Assembly: GCA_030704615.1 (NCBI GenBank)
Contig: CM060734.1
Span: forward strand, 25,544,001 to 25,608,000
Origin: Takakia lepidozioides
Taxonomy: Eukaryota > Plantae > Bryophyta
DNA length: 64,000 bases
Direction of reading: 5' to 3'
Shown piece by piece: positions 50,931 through 64,000 of this stretch. Both the position numbers and the translations under genes were made by a program. The stretch's first letter is position 1; each line of letters opens with the position of its first letter. The notes beneath the pieces are model-generated. The model was not told the DNA's origin. It was given only the letters and a program-made list of their open reading frames with translations, and searched no databases.

Positions 50931-53900
50931 CAGAAATATTTGATCAGAGTTGGTATGGAACACCAAAAGCAGGAACTCCAGTTTCTGAATCACAAGACAA
51001 AGAAGGAGAGGAAGATATGGCAAAGCTAGCGGAGAGTTCAGACTCTCCCACACCACTTCAGTTGAGTTATATGAGTGAGGAAGAAGAAATCCAAGATGAA
51101 AACAAAGAGAAAATTTTGGAAGATGAAGAGTATGAAGAGGTAGACCCAACAGTTGAGGTTGAGACTACAACCAGGATATCCCAACCTGTTGGACCTGGAT
51201 CAAGTGGAGCATTTGGATCACAGGCCAACAAAGGTGTCGGCTCAGGGGGATCAGGCGGGCAGCTTGGATCTGGCTCTGGGGGGACAGGGAGTGTGGGAAG
51301 TAATGCAACTGGAGCTGGGGATACTATAAGTACAGAGGGGCCAGTAGCAAGGAATGCTCAGGGGCCAACACCTGGTGGGAGTTCCACCACCACAACAGCA
51401 CAGGTCCGTCAAGGACCAGCACCACCAACAGGAGGACCAGCACCTGTCAGTAGGCAGGGTGTAGGGCCACAGATGGCGGTACCTCTAACACGGGCAAAAC
51501 CACCTTTTCCAATATATGCAGGAAAAGGGGATCCTGATGTACACATCAGCCAAATTGAGTACATGTGTATTGTGAACAATGAGAATGGCGATGATGCCAA
51601 GATGAGACTGTTTCTTTGTTCACTTATCAAGAAAGCAAGTGAATGGTATGCAAGGTTTCCTAATAATCATTTCCTAACCTGGAATGGCCTTGGTACAGCA
51701 TTCCGAAACAGGTTCAGGACAAGCAAAACTGAGGATGAAGTGTATGGGAGTTTACAACAGTTAAGGCAAAAGAAGCATGAAACTGTTGAAGAATATATGA
51801 GAAGATGGAGTTGATGATGAAAAAGCTGGCTGCTGTACCGGCACCAGGATTACAGAAGACCTGGTTTGTGAGTGGACTAAGACCAGAATTATAAAAGAAA
51901 ATGGATATGCTACCCCATAATACGGTGGAGGAGGCATTCAAAACAGCCAACAAAATTGAGCAATTGGGAATGCTCAGGAAGATAAAAGGATGATGAGGAC
52001 TCTGAAGATGAGTCAGATGAGGAAGAAGAGCAAGAGCTCAAGAGGAAGAGCAAGAAGAGAAAAGTTGAAGAGGGACAACTATGAGAAAAGACTGGAAGAA
52101 ATCTTGAAAAAGTATGCCACAGAGGCTGCAACACATTGGAGAAGGGTGTTTTGGTGTGCAAAATGCCAGAGTGAAGGCCGTACCACGGCTGAATGCCACA
52201 TGAAGGAGAAACACTGTACTATCTGTAAAATGGATAACCATTCTACTAAGAAGTGTTATTACAACAGAAGGACAGTTGCAAGAGAACCAAGGCAAGTGAG
52301 GGTGCATCAAGTGCAGCCCCAGCCAAGAAGAAACAATGATCAGGACCACTATGGTAGGCCTGGTGGATATAACAATGGTATGGCAGGGATAGGTAATCCA
52401 AAGGGAATTACCAGGCAATCCAGAGGCAACTATCAGGATAATCCAAGGGGGAATTACCAGCTAGGAACAGGATTATAGAAATAATCCAGAATAGACCAAG
52501 GGCGAGGACCCAATGGTGAAGAACTGTGTTACTATTGTAACCATACAGGACATCGCAAAGCAGCCTGTTCATTCTGGATCAGACACCAAAATGAGATGAG
52601 AGCTCCTGTGAACGAGGGCCCAGTGGTGGCAGCTCACATGGTTAGGCCATGTTTTGTACCAGAAGTAAGTACAATGATAGTTACCAGAAGCAAAGCTAAA
52701 CTAATACCTCCAGTGGATGAGGAGAAGATGTTAATGAAGATGGCAGTGATGTGCCTAAAGATGATGAGGCTTGGAGAGATGAGAAGGAACTGCCCACAAG
52801 GAAGTGGCTGATACCATAAGGGAAATGCAGAAGGATACTGATATCCCTATGGCAGATACTTCTGACTCTGAAAGAGAAGATGAAGAAGGTGAGGAGAAAG
52901 TGAAGCAGGAGGCTTCACAAGTGTAGGATAATGAAGGGACTTTGGCTGAAGTAATATGCCAGACCAAAGTTGAGATTAGCATTGGACAGCTATTGGCTGT
53001 GGCACCTCATTGTAGGCACAGGCTGTATCAAGCAATCAATCAGATTGCTCATGTGACAGAGAACACAGACCTGAGCAGCAAGGTGACAAGTTATAATGTG
53101 AAGCCTGAAGGGCGAGAAACAGTCTTGGACTTTGATGATTCTATGCCAGTAATCCAATTGAGAATTGGAAGCACAGACTTGACTGATGTACTGATTGATG
53201 GAGGCTCAGGAGTGAATATTATGACAGACCAATTAAGGCAGAAGCTTGGTCTAAGTAACATGAAACCAGCCCCATTTACAGTAACAATGGCAGATCAAAG
53301 GAGTGTACAGCCATTAGGCTTGATAAGAGGAGTTAAAATACAGATTCAGAAATGATATTAAGATCACAGTGACTGTGTTGAAAATGGATGATGTCATGGA
53401 AGCTTACTCCTTATTGCTGGGTCGACCATGGCTGAAACAGGCCAGGGTATTCCATGACTGGAATTCCCAGTTACTGCATGCATGATGGGAAGCACAAGAT
53501 ACAGGTCACCACTAAGAAATCTAGTAGGCTACCTGCTACCAGAAGACCTCGTGGAGTCAGAGAGTATGCTGGAGGGGAGGACTTGATGAGAGCAGGAAGC
53601 TACTCTGTTTGCTGCACACCCAGAGTGGGAGCAGTTTGCAGAAATGCAACGGGGAGGCCTGAGTTGCTTTAAAGGTATCTGTTGTGGTGCAGTAACAACA
53701 ACACCAATTGAGGGGGAAACAAGTAGTTACCCACCACATTTCTATGAGGAAAGAGAGGGAGAAATAGAAATCCTAGAAGAACCAGCCACTGTGAGTTTAC
53801 AGGATGAATTAGTGGCTGGGTGGACAATCACAGCTGAGGAGCAGGTGAGAGAAGTGAATGTGGGAACTGAGGAGGAACCAAGAATGGTGAAAGTAGGGGC

Positions 53901-56640
53901 TGACTTGGAGCCAAAATTCTTTGAGGAAGCTAAGAGTCTGTTTATCAAATACAAAGATGTATTTGCTTGGAGCTATGAAGATCTGAAGGGGATTCCACCT
54001 GAGATCTACCAACATAACATTGAACTGGAACCAGGGTCAGTACCAATCAAACAAGCAAGGTACAAGTGAATCCCAACTATGCACAGAAGGTTGGGGAAGT
54101 TGGCTGAGGCTAAGTTCAGATACCCGATAGAGTATACAACTTGGCTATCAACCATTGTGATAGTTCCAAAGAAGAATGGCAGGAACTGAGTTTTGTGTGA
54201 ACTATAAGAAATTGAATGCTTGTACAAGAAAGATCAATTTCCTTTGCCATTCACAGAAGCTGTATTGGACACTGTGGCAGGCCATGAGATATACTCATTC
54301 ATGGATGGCTTCAGTGGGTATAACCAGGTGCAAGTAGCGGAAGAAGACCAGGGAAAGACAGCTTTCATCACAGACCGGGGTGCTTATGCATACAAAGTCA
54401 TGTCTTTTGGACTTTGTAATGCACCAGCAACTTTCCAGCGAGTGATAAGTGAATCTTTCCATGAGTATCTGGATGATTTCATGCAAGTGTTTTTAGATGA
54501 CTTTAGTGTGTACAGCTCTAAGAATGAGCACTTGCAGAAGTTGGAGTTATGTTTGGCCAGATGCAGGATGAGAGGTCTTGGTCTGAATCCAGAAAAGTGT
54601 ACTTTCTGTGTGAACTCAGGGTACTTCTGGAACACATTGTGTGTAAGAAGAAACTGCTTGTGGATCCTAGAAAGACAGAGGCTATTAAAGCCTCACCACC
54701 ACCAAGTAACGTTAAAGGTCTAAGGAGATTCCTTGGACAAACCAGCTACTACAGAAGGTTTGTCAGACGGTATGCACATATGGCAGTTCCATTGAGCAAG
54801 TTTTTGAAGAAGGATGCAGTGTTTGGATGGACAGTTGAATGTCAACAGGCTTTTAAAGAACTTACATTGTCAGTGACAACTACACCTATACTGATTAACC
54901 CTCACTGACATGTGGTATTTCATGTACACTGTGATGCCTCAGGAGAAGCATTGGGGGCTGTGTTAGCCCAAAATGTCACAGGAAACATAGATTCACCTGT
55001 GTACTATGCTAGCAGATTGTTGAACAGTGCTGAGAGGAACTATAGTACTACTGAAAGAGAAGCTTTGGCAATGATTTATGCAGTCAAGAAATTCAGGCAT
55101 TACCTATTGGGAAGGAAGTTTATGTTTTATGTGGATCATCAGGCTTTGATTTATCTGGTGAACAAGCCTTTGATAAGTGGCAGGATAACAAGATGGTTGG
55201 TAATCTTGCACGAGTTTGAATTCGAAGTTGTTTACAAGCCTGGCCGTTTGCATCTTGTGGCAGATCACTTGTCACGGCTATCAACAGGAGAGGCCGCCAC
55301 GGGAGTAGATGACCAACTGCCTGATGTGAGTTGCAGTGGAAGTGCAGGGAAGTGCTGATGATTGGTTAGATTGGCAGTGGCCAATCAGATACTACCTTAC
55401 TCATGGTCAGTGCCCACCCAGTTATGGGAAGGAACAGAGGAAAAGAATAGCTATCAAGGCTTTACCATACACTAGGATAGGTGGAAGATTATATAAGCTA
55501 GGACCTGATGGAGTTCTTAACGATGCTTGTACCACCATGAAGTAAATAAAGTTTTGGAAGAAGTTCATAAAGGAGTGGCTGGAGGTCATTTCGGAGAAGA
55601 GACTACCAGTAGGAAAATACTACTTGCAGGTTACTGGTGGCCTACTTTGTTCAAGGATGTATACAAGTATTGCAAGAGTTGTGATGAGTGTCAGAGGCTA
55701 GGACCTTTGCAAAGATCTGGGAAGATGGCTTTGCATCCTACGATGTCTACTGAACCATTTCAGAAATGGGGACTAGACTTTGTTGGACCAATTAATCCAC
55801 CGCCAGGAATACACAGAACAAGTATATAATCACAGCCACTGATTATACTACAAAGTGGGTGGAAGCTAAGGCTCTGAGGGACAACACAGCTAAGTCCACA
55901 GCAAGGTTCCTATATGAGAACATACTCACAAGATTTGGCTGTCCCCTAGAATTTATCAGTGACCAGGGAAGTCATTTCATTAATGAGACCATAGAACTAT
56001 TGACTAAAGAGTTCATGATTGTGCACAGGAAGAGTACAACCTATTACCCACAGGGCAATGTGCAGGCAGAGGCCACAAACAAAATACTATGCACTATCTT
56101 GGCTAAGATAGTCAATGCAAACAGAACAGACTAGGATACGAAGCTGTTGACAGCTTTGTGGTCATACATGACTTCATATAAAGTCACCACCGAGTATACA
56201 CCATTCCAATTAGTTTATGGTATGGAAGCTTTACTACCAGTGGAATTCTTATTACCTACCATGAGAACTGAATGGGGAAGGAGAATGGAATTGGAGGATT
56301 CAATTAAAGTAAGGAAACATGAATTATATCATGTGGAAGAAGTACGTGCTGATGCAGCAGATAACATGACCAGAATTCAGATGAAGAGGAAGGATCAGTT
56401 TGATGAAGGTAAATTGAAGACTTTTAAGACGGGTGATTTGGTACTGTGGTTGCAGAAGAAAGGAAAGATTAAAGCTTCTAAGCTTAAGTCACCATGGAAA
56501 GGACCTTATGTCATACAGAAGATGTATGATAATAACACAGTCATGTTACAAACCATTAACAAAGAGATGCTTGGTAGAGTCAATGCCAATAAGTTGAAGG
56601 GATACAGTGGTATCCATGATAGACCATTGCAGCATGATTT
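50927..56640 (+). mobile_element. Decayed gag-pol of a non-chromovirus Ty3/gypsy element
   Basis: gag YAGKGDPDVHI with CCHC-like knuckles; PR LIDGGSGVNI; RT FMDGFSGYNQ and FLDDF; RH HCDAS; INT GGHFG..CDEC, WGLDF, GPY; many stops and frameshifts. Confidence 0.94.
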
Positions 56641-56879
56641 GCATCTTGAAACACAGATGCAGTCACAGACTACACCGGTAACACCAACGGAGCATGAAGC
56701 ACTTGTCGTAAAGCCGAATGTGTATGGCCATAGCAGAGAACACGGGTGTTCACACAGCCATCACAGCCCACCACAGTCTAACACAACGAATCACAGCCCA
56801 CCACAGTCTAACACAGCAAATCACAGCCCACCATAGTTTAACACAGCATATCACAGCTACAACCGTTCCAAGAAACGAG

Positions 56880-57975
56880 TTTATTTAGGAACCAGGGATT
56901 CACCTGCACCAAGGCCGAGTATCCAGGGTTGAGGGAAATTGGCCAAATACTGAACATTCTGTTTGCCATGAAACAGAACCAACAGTATCTTAGCAGATCT
57001 TTCACGGAGGAGGTACTGAAAGCTTTGAGAGGAGAGGATGTAGCTTGGGCAGAGATGATGTACAGTGGTCTGGTGGAGGAGATGAAGCGGTTACAAAATA
57101 CTACTGCTAAGTCCCCGATCATTGTGTCTGGCCCAATTATTGCGCAAATTATCTTTGACTCTTGTTTGCTTGATGCACGAGAACGCAAAGTAATAGGGGT
57201 GTTTGAGACAGCCACAACTGTAGTTGAGGAGCAGGGCTCTTCACAAGGTGAAGGGGGATTGGAGGGGCAGCGCTAGTCCAAGAGACAGAAGAGGGACGCA
57301 ACTATAGTGGTGGATCCACTGGCCACAAGAAATCCACAAGATGATATTTCCATAGCTCTTGTGCAGGATGAGGAGCAGCAACACAGGGGACTGTTGTTAC
57401 TGGAAGCACGGCCTTCAGCGAGGGAGGAAGAAGTCACCTCAGTACCACGGCCACCACAGCCAGTTGACCCGGTTGCCCCAAGGGTAGCTCAGGTTGTACA
57501 TGTTGTCACACCAGAGCCTCTTACTGTGGAGGGAGAGGGGTTGGACATTCCCACTACAGAGCAAGTAGTGAAGGAAATTGAGAAGGGTGACCTTCTCTAT
57601 GAAAACTTTGGCATGGTCGGAGAACCAATAGTACCAAAGATGCAGAGTCTGACCAACGAAATCCCTGCTGTGCAAGTTATGCCCAAACCTGTGGCGGAGG
57701 TTAAAGGGGTAGAGTGCAAGGGAACTGCAGCACCTGTGGAAGATGAGGTTGCTTAGGAAGAAGATCCTATGGGATCATGGCCTGACTGGTTTGTGAAACA
57801 TCAAACTGTGGAGGATCAGGAGCAGCAAATTCTCCATGAAGACCCACAGCAGGCCATGCTTATGAGTTCCATAAGCATGACACTTAATTTGTTGGGCACC
57901 TATGTGAAGTCCCATGTTCCTTCCACACAATTGGCAACATTGAGGGAGGAGCTCAAGCAAGAGTTTGAGGCAAGT
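56880..57975 (+). pseudogene. 3' extra ORF of the gypsy element
   Basis: GFTC...PGLREI...LRGEDVAWAE aligns with GYTC...PGF...LNGQIVNWAG at 48070-48330. Confidence 0.7.
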
Positions 57976-57979
57976 GACA

Positions 57980-58815
57980 ACAATTTCCCCATCCTGGAAA
58001 GATTTTTCTTTCCCTTCGGATATTCTTTTTCTTCGCTGTTCTTGAATTCGTGCCATGTTATCTGCAGCATCTGCCCGAACTTCTTCCAGATGAAATAACT
58101 CATGTTCCTCGTAGAGATTCCTCTAAACCCCATCGTTCATGAGTTCCGGTTCGTAGTGTGGGTATCATGCATTCAATGGGTAATAGTGCCTCTGCTCCAT
58201 ACACCAGTTGAAATGGTGTATGTTTCGTGGTCACCTTGTATGATGTCCTGAATGCCCATAGTGCTGTGTTCATTTTGGTGTCCCAATCTGTACGATTGGC
58301 ATTTACTATCTTGGTTAAGATAGTGCATAATATCTTGTTGGTAGATTCGGCCTAGCCATTTCATTGGGGATAGTAAGCAGTGCTCTTGTGATGTACGATC
58401 ATGAACTCCTCCGTCAAGCATTTTATGGCATCATTTATAAAATGTGATCCTTGATCACTGACGAATTCTAGTGGGCAACCAAATCGTGTGATGATGTTTT
58501 CATATAAGAATTTGGCTGTCAACCGGGCAGTGTTGTCTCTTAGTGCCTTGGCCTCTACCCATTTGGTAGTGTAATCAGTGGCTGTGAGGATGTATTGGTT
58601 CTGTGTGTACCTTGCTGGAGGGTTAATGGGTCCCATGAAGTCTAGTCCCCAGCGTTGAAATGGTTATGTTGGTAGTATTGGGTGCATAGTACCCTTCCCA
58701 GTTCGTTCTACTGGTCCCATCCTCTGGCAAACATCACACTATTGACAATGTTCATAAGTGTCTCCAAATACAGTAGGCCACCAGTAACCTGCTAATAATA
58801 TCTTCTTTGCTGTCA
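57980..58815 (-). mobile_element. Inverted gypsy integrase fragment, closely related to 46357-47100
   Basis: TATDYTTKWVEAKALRDNTARLTAKFLYE; high nucleotide identity. Confidence 0.9.
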
Positions 58816-58910
58816 GGTCAGAACTGATAGAGGACTTAGTGAGGCTGTGGCTATTACATCTTGTAGCTATCTAGAGTTAGAAAGACCTAACCACTAGCTA
58901 GGGGGGCGAT

Positions 58911-59359
58911 TGTGACAAACTGGTTTGTGTGTATGTATGTGTTGTGTGGTTTGGACAACGATGTAGTTGTGTAGCGCCGATGTGTATGCGCACGACAGCT
59001 GTTAAGTAAAGCTTACTAGTAGTGTGAAACTGACTAATAAATAACTAGTTCTTATATATTGACACTTGGGCTTGATCCAAGTGTCAACCCAGGGATCAAG
59101 AGATTTCTTGGCCCCTGGGCGTGGCTTATCTTCACGGCAGATGGCGGTGAGGCTCATCTCTCTCGAGTTGAGCCTCCCGCGTCGGCTATGGCGCGCGTAG
59201 TGTAGATTCCCCATAACTTTTGCGGTGTGCTTGGCTTGACGTAATTTATGAGTGATGGCGTTTAATTTTTTTTTTTGCCGGCAGACTGGTTGTGTGTATG
59301 TATGTGTTGTGTGGTTTGGATAGCGATGTAGTTGTGTAGCGATGTGTATGCGCACGACA
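58911..59359 (+). repeat. Pair of ~75-80 bp direct repeats preceded by a PPT-like tract
   Basis: ACTGGT(T)TGTGTGTATG...GCGCACGACA at ~58919-58998 and ~59285-59359; AGGGGGGCGAT|TG at 58900-58912. Confidence 0.7.
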
Positions 59360-60961
59360 ATCAGCTCTTCAACAAATTCAAATGCTCCTGGGGGGAAGAT
59401 GACATCATATGCAGCTGCTCTACGTTGTCAAGCATCATCTGGGCCCGGAGCCCACCAGACTCCTGGCAGGGTAGTTGCAGCCTCCAAAATGAAACACACC
59501 ATGAGTCCCTAAAAGTACATAAAGGGGGATGTGACGAATCCTCAACCATTGGATTCGCTTCAATTTACGATCTCAACCGGCTATTATTGACCATTAAAGA
59601 TTTTATTTTCAAATCGTGATAGTTTCAGATCACGATAGTTTTTTTCAAATTTGCACCCCGGGGGTCTACCCTTGGTCTATGTATTTAATGAGGTAGTGTT
59701 GATATTTCAAAGAATTCTATATGTAAAGGACTTTACGAAAATAGTTATTTTGAAGGCTCAAAATCGTACATAAAGTTTATTTTACTTAATATTTTTGAGT
59801 GGATGTTTTCATTCTAGATTATCCCTTAAAGCACATTTGGTCAAGTCATTTTTTCTAGTTTTCTATGAATCATGCTTTAAAAAAAGTCCATAATGCGCCT
59901 TTTATATGGACTATAACAAATCCTTACGGACTTGTTTAAAAGTCCATAATTTCTAACCATTTGTTTTTTTGGTCATGAGACTTGGAATAGGGGAAATATA
60001 TGTAGTTGAGCCTTCATAGCTTAGTCCCTTTTTACTATCAGCATTGCCATTTAGGAGTATGATAATTTACAACTAATCAAGGTCCCAAAAAAACAGTGTT
60101 GTGACAACATTTTTGATCCACCGTAGGCTTCAACTGCCCGGCAGGGGGCAATTATTACGCTTCCATGACTCACCGGAGTTCGACAGGGAAATCAACTAGA
60201 AACACCTCAAAAGCAAAAACTCGACTCGGCTTAGCTTCGGATAGTAACTAGTTGTTGTAGCTATTGTTGTTTCGTCCTTCCTCTACTCTGTCGCCTCGCA
60301 AGAATCGTTGGTCAGCTCTCTGGCTCCTCATGCTATGCCTTTTTTCTCTGTCTCCTATGTTATCCTCTAAATCTCTCTTCTCTCTCTGTTTTTTGCGGCT
60401 CTCCTGCCAATCCTGGGAGCTCTGCTATCATTTCCGCTCGGCTCCTGAATGCTCCACTCTTGATCGCCATGGTAGGTCTTAGTCTGATTTTGCTGGCATT
60501 GTTTCTAATCCTAGCCCTCATTCAGGAGTTCGCATCTCGTGAGCTTCTGCTATCGCTCTTGGCTTTTTCCTGCTATAACTCTCAATTGTATGATTTATCA
60601 TTCATCCTCTCGGATGGTTCTCTCTCCGTTAAAAGAACTCTGGGTTCGTCCCTCACCGTCAGGTGTGCATGCCTTATGGCCCACAGGGGTTTATTGGCTC
60701 CTCCCTATAAGGGAGAGACCACGCATTGGTGCCAAAAATGAGTAAGATCCTGATATGCCTCCACTAGATAGTACCTACATGAAGCAGATAATCCTCCCCC
60801 GCTTAGATCTTAACTTGAATGTACCTTGATTGGATAAGACCCATAAGTGAATCTTACACATGTGAATATTCATAAATGAAGACCCAAAATGAAGGGTATA
60901 TAGGAGACACATCTGAATTATAGAAAAACTATAAGAATAAAAGCAAGGTTTAATTTCCTTC

Positions 60962-60985
60962 ATATATATATATATATATATATAT
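60962..60985. repeat. (AT)n microsatellite
   Basis: About 12 AT units. Confidence 0.95.
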
Positions 60986-61589
60986 TGATTGTGGTGTGAT
61001 TTCAGCTGTTGAAACCTACCACATGAGTTGAGATTAGGGAAAACCTGGTGTTGGGAGGAAAGTCATTAAAGGTCTTAGCCAAATATGAGAAGGGGTGAAG
61101 TTTTGAGCCAGGGATGAATAAGTTTACATTGGATGCATAAGTTCATTCTTCGTCTTGTTCACGTAATGTTGGTGCTGGCATAGCTCGACGGGCTACTATT
61201 TCACAGAAGGATCTGGTATGTTGCACATACGACATCAAGGAGAAGGGGGCGGTGGGTCTGACAGCCTCTTGGCAATCCGAATTGATAAGGATCTGAATGA
61301 GAGACGGCTGCAGATAGGCTTTGTGTGAAGGTTTTTGGGAGGTAGCATGGAACTCGACGTCTTAGGTCCCAGACATCGTATGTTACCCTCCGTTCCACTC
61401 AACATTGCCCCCACGACAATAGGTCCTGCTTTTCCCATGGCTATAGGCTCCGCTTCCCTTATGTGCTCACGCTTAAGAAATTTGCTCACGCTTAACGAAA
61501 TCTGCTCACGCTTAGTGCGTTAAGCGTGAGCGCGCTCACATGCTAGCTTCCCTCCTATTCCATTCCCCTGATTCCAGGGGGCCCACGAC

Positions 61590-63350
61590 GACAACGAGAA
61601 AGAAGGGTGAATCCCAACCTCGCACTACTCATCAAAACATAAATTGAAAAGTTGTTGGCTGCATAATTCGTTTTCCTAGTGGAGACGTCGGCATGGGTGT
61701 CTCCGATGGTAATTGTCCAGAAGAAGAATGGAGGACTAAGGGTATGCGTGGATTTCCGCCCCCTTAACAAGGTAACACACAAGGATCATTTTCCCTTGTC
61801 ATTCATAGATACCCTGGTGGAAGAAGTAGTAGGGAAGGAGCTCTACTCTTTCATGGATGGGTTTTCAGGGTACAATCAGGTGTTGATTGACCCGAAAGAT
61901 GTGTTGAAGACCACATTTACTTCACCATGGGGAACATTTGCCTATACGAGGATGCCCTTTGGCTTGTGCAATGCACCTCTGACATTTCAGAGGGTCATGA
62001 CGTACGCCTTCTCAAACATCGTGAGAAGGAATTTAGTCATCTTTTTAAATGACTTTTGTTGCAATGGGGATGCAAAGGATCACGTTGCAGCATTACAAGA
62101 ATGTTTCATCAGGTGCAGAGACAACGAAATATCGCTCAACCCAATGAAGTGCGTATTTGTAGTCACACATGGACTGCTATTGGGACACGTAGTGTCCAGA
62201 GACGGTGTGGCGACAGACCCAGCAAAGGTGAGAGCCATAGTCGAGCTTCCCGCACCAGAGACATCTTCTAAGGTGAAGGGATTCATTGGCCACACAGGGT
62301 GGTATAGGAAATTTATGGACAAATATGCAGCAGAGGCCTTACCTCTAACTCGATTACTTAAGGAGAACTAGGTATTTTCCTGGGACACAGAATGTCAGGA
62401 GTCATTTGAAACGCTCAAGCAACGCTTGGTGTCTGCCCTAGTTTTGGCAGCTCCGGATTGGAAGAGGCCTTTCCATATTTACGTGGATGCTTCAGCAGTG
62501 GCAGTAAGCTGTGCCCTTTGCCAACCAGATACTGATGGCCACGATCATCTGATATCTTTCGCCAGCCGACAGCTGACATTAGCTGAGACTAGGTATAGCA
62601 CCACAGAGCGGGAGGCTCTGGGAATGATTTTTGCCGTGAAGAAATATCGGCATTATTTATTGGAGACACCTTTCACATTTTTCGTTGATCACATGGCACT
62701 GTGATACCTGATCAACAAGCCTGATTTGACGGGAAGAATAGCCAGGTGGGTATTCTGCTTCAAGAATTTGACGACAAGGTAGTCTACAAGCCAGGAAGAC
62801 TTAATGCTCAGGCCGATCACCTTTCCCGATTGTCGGAAAAAACAGGAGACGAGCCTATTGACGAGATTTTCCGGATGTGTTCTTGTTCTCCATAGAGACA
62901 GTTCCTCCATGGTATGAGCACATTGCTCAATATTTGAGCACCCTGGAATTTCCCCCAGGAATGGATCAACATGCGCGACGAAAGCTTCAACTGCACAACA
63001 TGAAGTTTGTTCTTCTGGGAGGGCAACTTTATAGAAGGGGCAATACGTCACCCCAGAAGAGGTTCCTCAGATTTTAGAGTTGGCTCATGACAGCATGTGT
63101 GGAGGACACTTTGCAGGGCGACTCACAGTGCAAAAGGTTTTAAGGGCAGGATATTACTGGCCCTCCATGTTCAAAGATGCGCACATGCATGTGCGAAAAT
63201 GACTCTTGTCAGAGGTACACAAAACGGGATAACAGGCTCGGAATGCCATTAGTTCCCACCCTCCCTCTTGCTCCATTTGAGAAGTGGGGGATCGACTATG
63301 TGGGGAAGTGCACCCAACATCGAGTCGACAAAATTGCTACATCATCGCAG
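61590..63350 (+). mobile_element. Non-chromovirus gypsy RT-RH-INT remnant
   Basis: LRVCVDFRPLN, FMDGFSGYNQ, YVDAS, GGHFAG, WGIDYVG; stops and frameshifts. Confidence 0.92.
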
Positions 63351-63794
63351 TTGCACATTTAAGTGATCAGGTAGGCCAGTTACAATCTGTTTGAAAGTGG
63401 GTGGATCTTCAAATACCACACACTGGTCTTACCCTTCAACCACTTGAAGCATGGTCCACTCTAATATTTAACGTTGTACATGTCATACTCAGTGTTCATC
63501 TCATGGCAATCCCGTGTGTGACAAGATTTGTTTCTCTCCTTGTGAATCCTGACTACATAAGAACTTGCCCAACCACTTCACAACTGATGCTGCGAAAACA
63601 GATGTAAACCACCCCTCACCCTCTTATTCCCCCCCAAAACCAACCTCCCCTATATTGTCTTTCTATCCCAAGTCTGACAAGTGAGATTGCTGCCTAGCAA
63701 ATCCAAAATCTTGAATGACTCTTCCACAACTCGGGTGATCACATTCATTCCCTTGCTCTTCCCTGCTCGACCAACTGCCCAGTTGACCCAGGTC

Positions 63795-63986
63795 TCAGAG
63801 ATCTAGAAGCAAACGGCGGGGATCTTCAACTGCGTCCTTGATGGCACGGAGAAATAAAACAGCCTCCCTCCCATCGATGAGCCGGTGATCATAGGTCAGC
63901 GCCACATACATCATGGGTCTTGCAACAATGTCAGTGCCAATAACCACAGGACGCTTCTGGATGGAATGCATTCCCAAAATTGCCGA
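63795..63986 (-). CDS. DLST: Last exon of dihydrolipoamide succinyltransferase (2-oxoglutarate dehydrogenase E2)
   Basis: SAILGMH...[19 protein letters not shown]...[10 protein letters not shown]; TGCAG acceptor immediately upstream; the rest of the gene lies beyond the window. Confidence 0.95.
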   Translation of the reverse strand, partial: SAILGMHSIQKRPVVIGTDIVARPMMYVALTYDHRLIDGREAVLFLRAIKDAVEDPRRLLLDL

Positions 63987-64000
63987 CTGCATCCGCACAT

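Overview
Repeat-dense, heavily rearranged eukaryotic nuclear region, most likely from a non-seed land plant (inferred from plant-type tRNA primer sites, LTR lineages and host exons). Most of it is nested or decayed transposons. These include a complete but disabled Ty3/gypsy chromovirus (17434-24391, TSD CGGCA) inserted in a hAT transposase, further LTRs and fragments of the same family, several non-chromovirus gypsy elements with extra ORFs, MULE, Harbinger and CACTA-like remnants, and two copies of an RNase H-bearing non-LTR-like element. There is also a 4 x ~1 kb higher-order tandem array and a hairpin-repeat array. Host sequence is limited to one lipase exon, repeated OSB/PDF-like exons and the last exon of the 2-oxoglutarate dehydrogenase E2 gene. 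Three observations stand out. (1) A tRNA-Gly-primed LTR element has two paralogous Cys/His ORFs upstream of gag, a splice donor abutting the PBS and a candidate acceptor before each ORF, a layout like a complex retrovirus. (2) A retroelement polyprotein carries a chromodomain, a PCIF1/Dam-like adenine-methyltransferase-like segment and RNase H. (3) Single elements are broken into abutting pieces that are now inverted or scattered up to 40 kb apart. All homology calls are by-eye motif recognition, not database results, and many boundaries are approximate.
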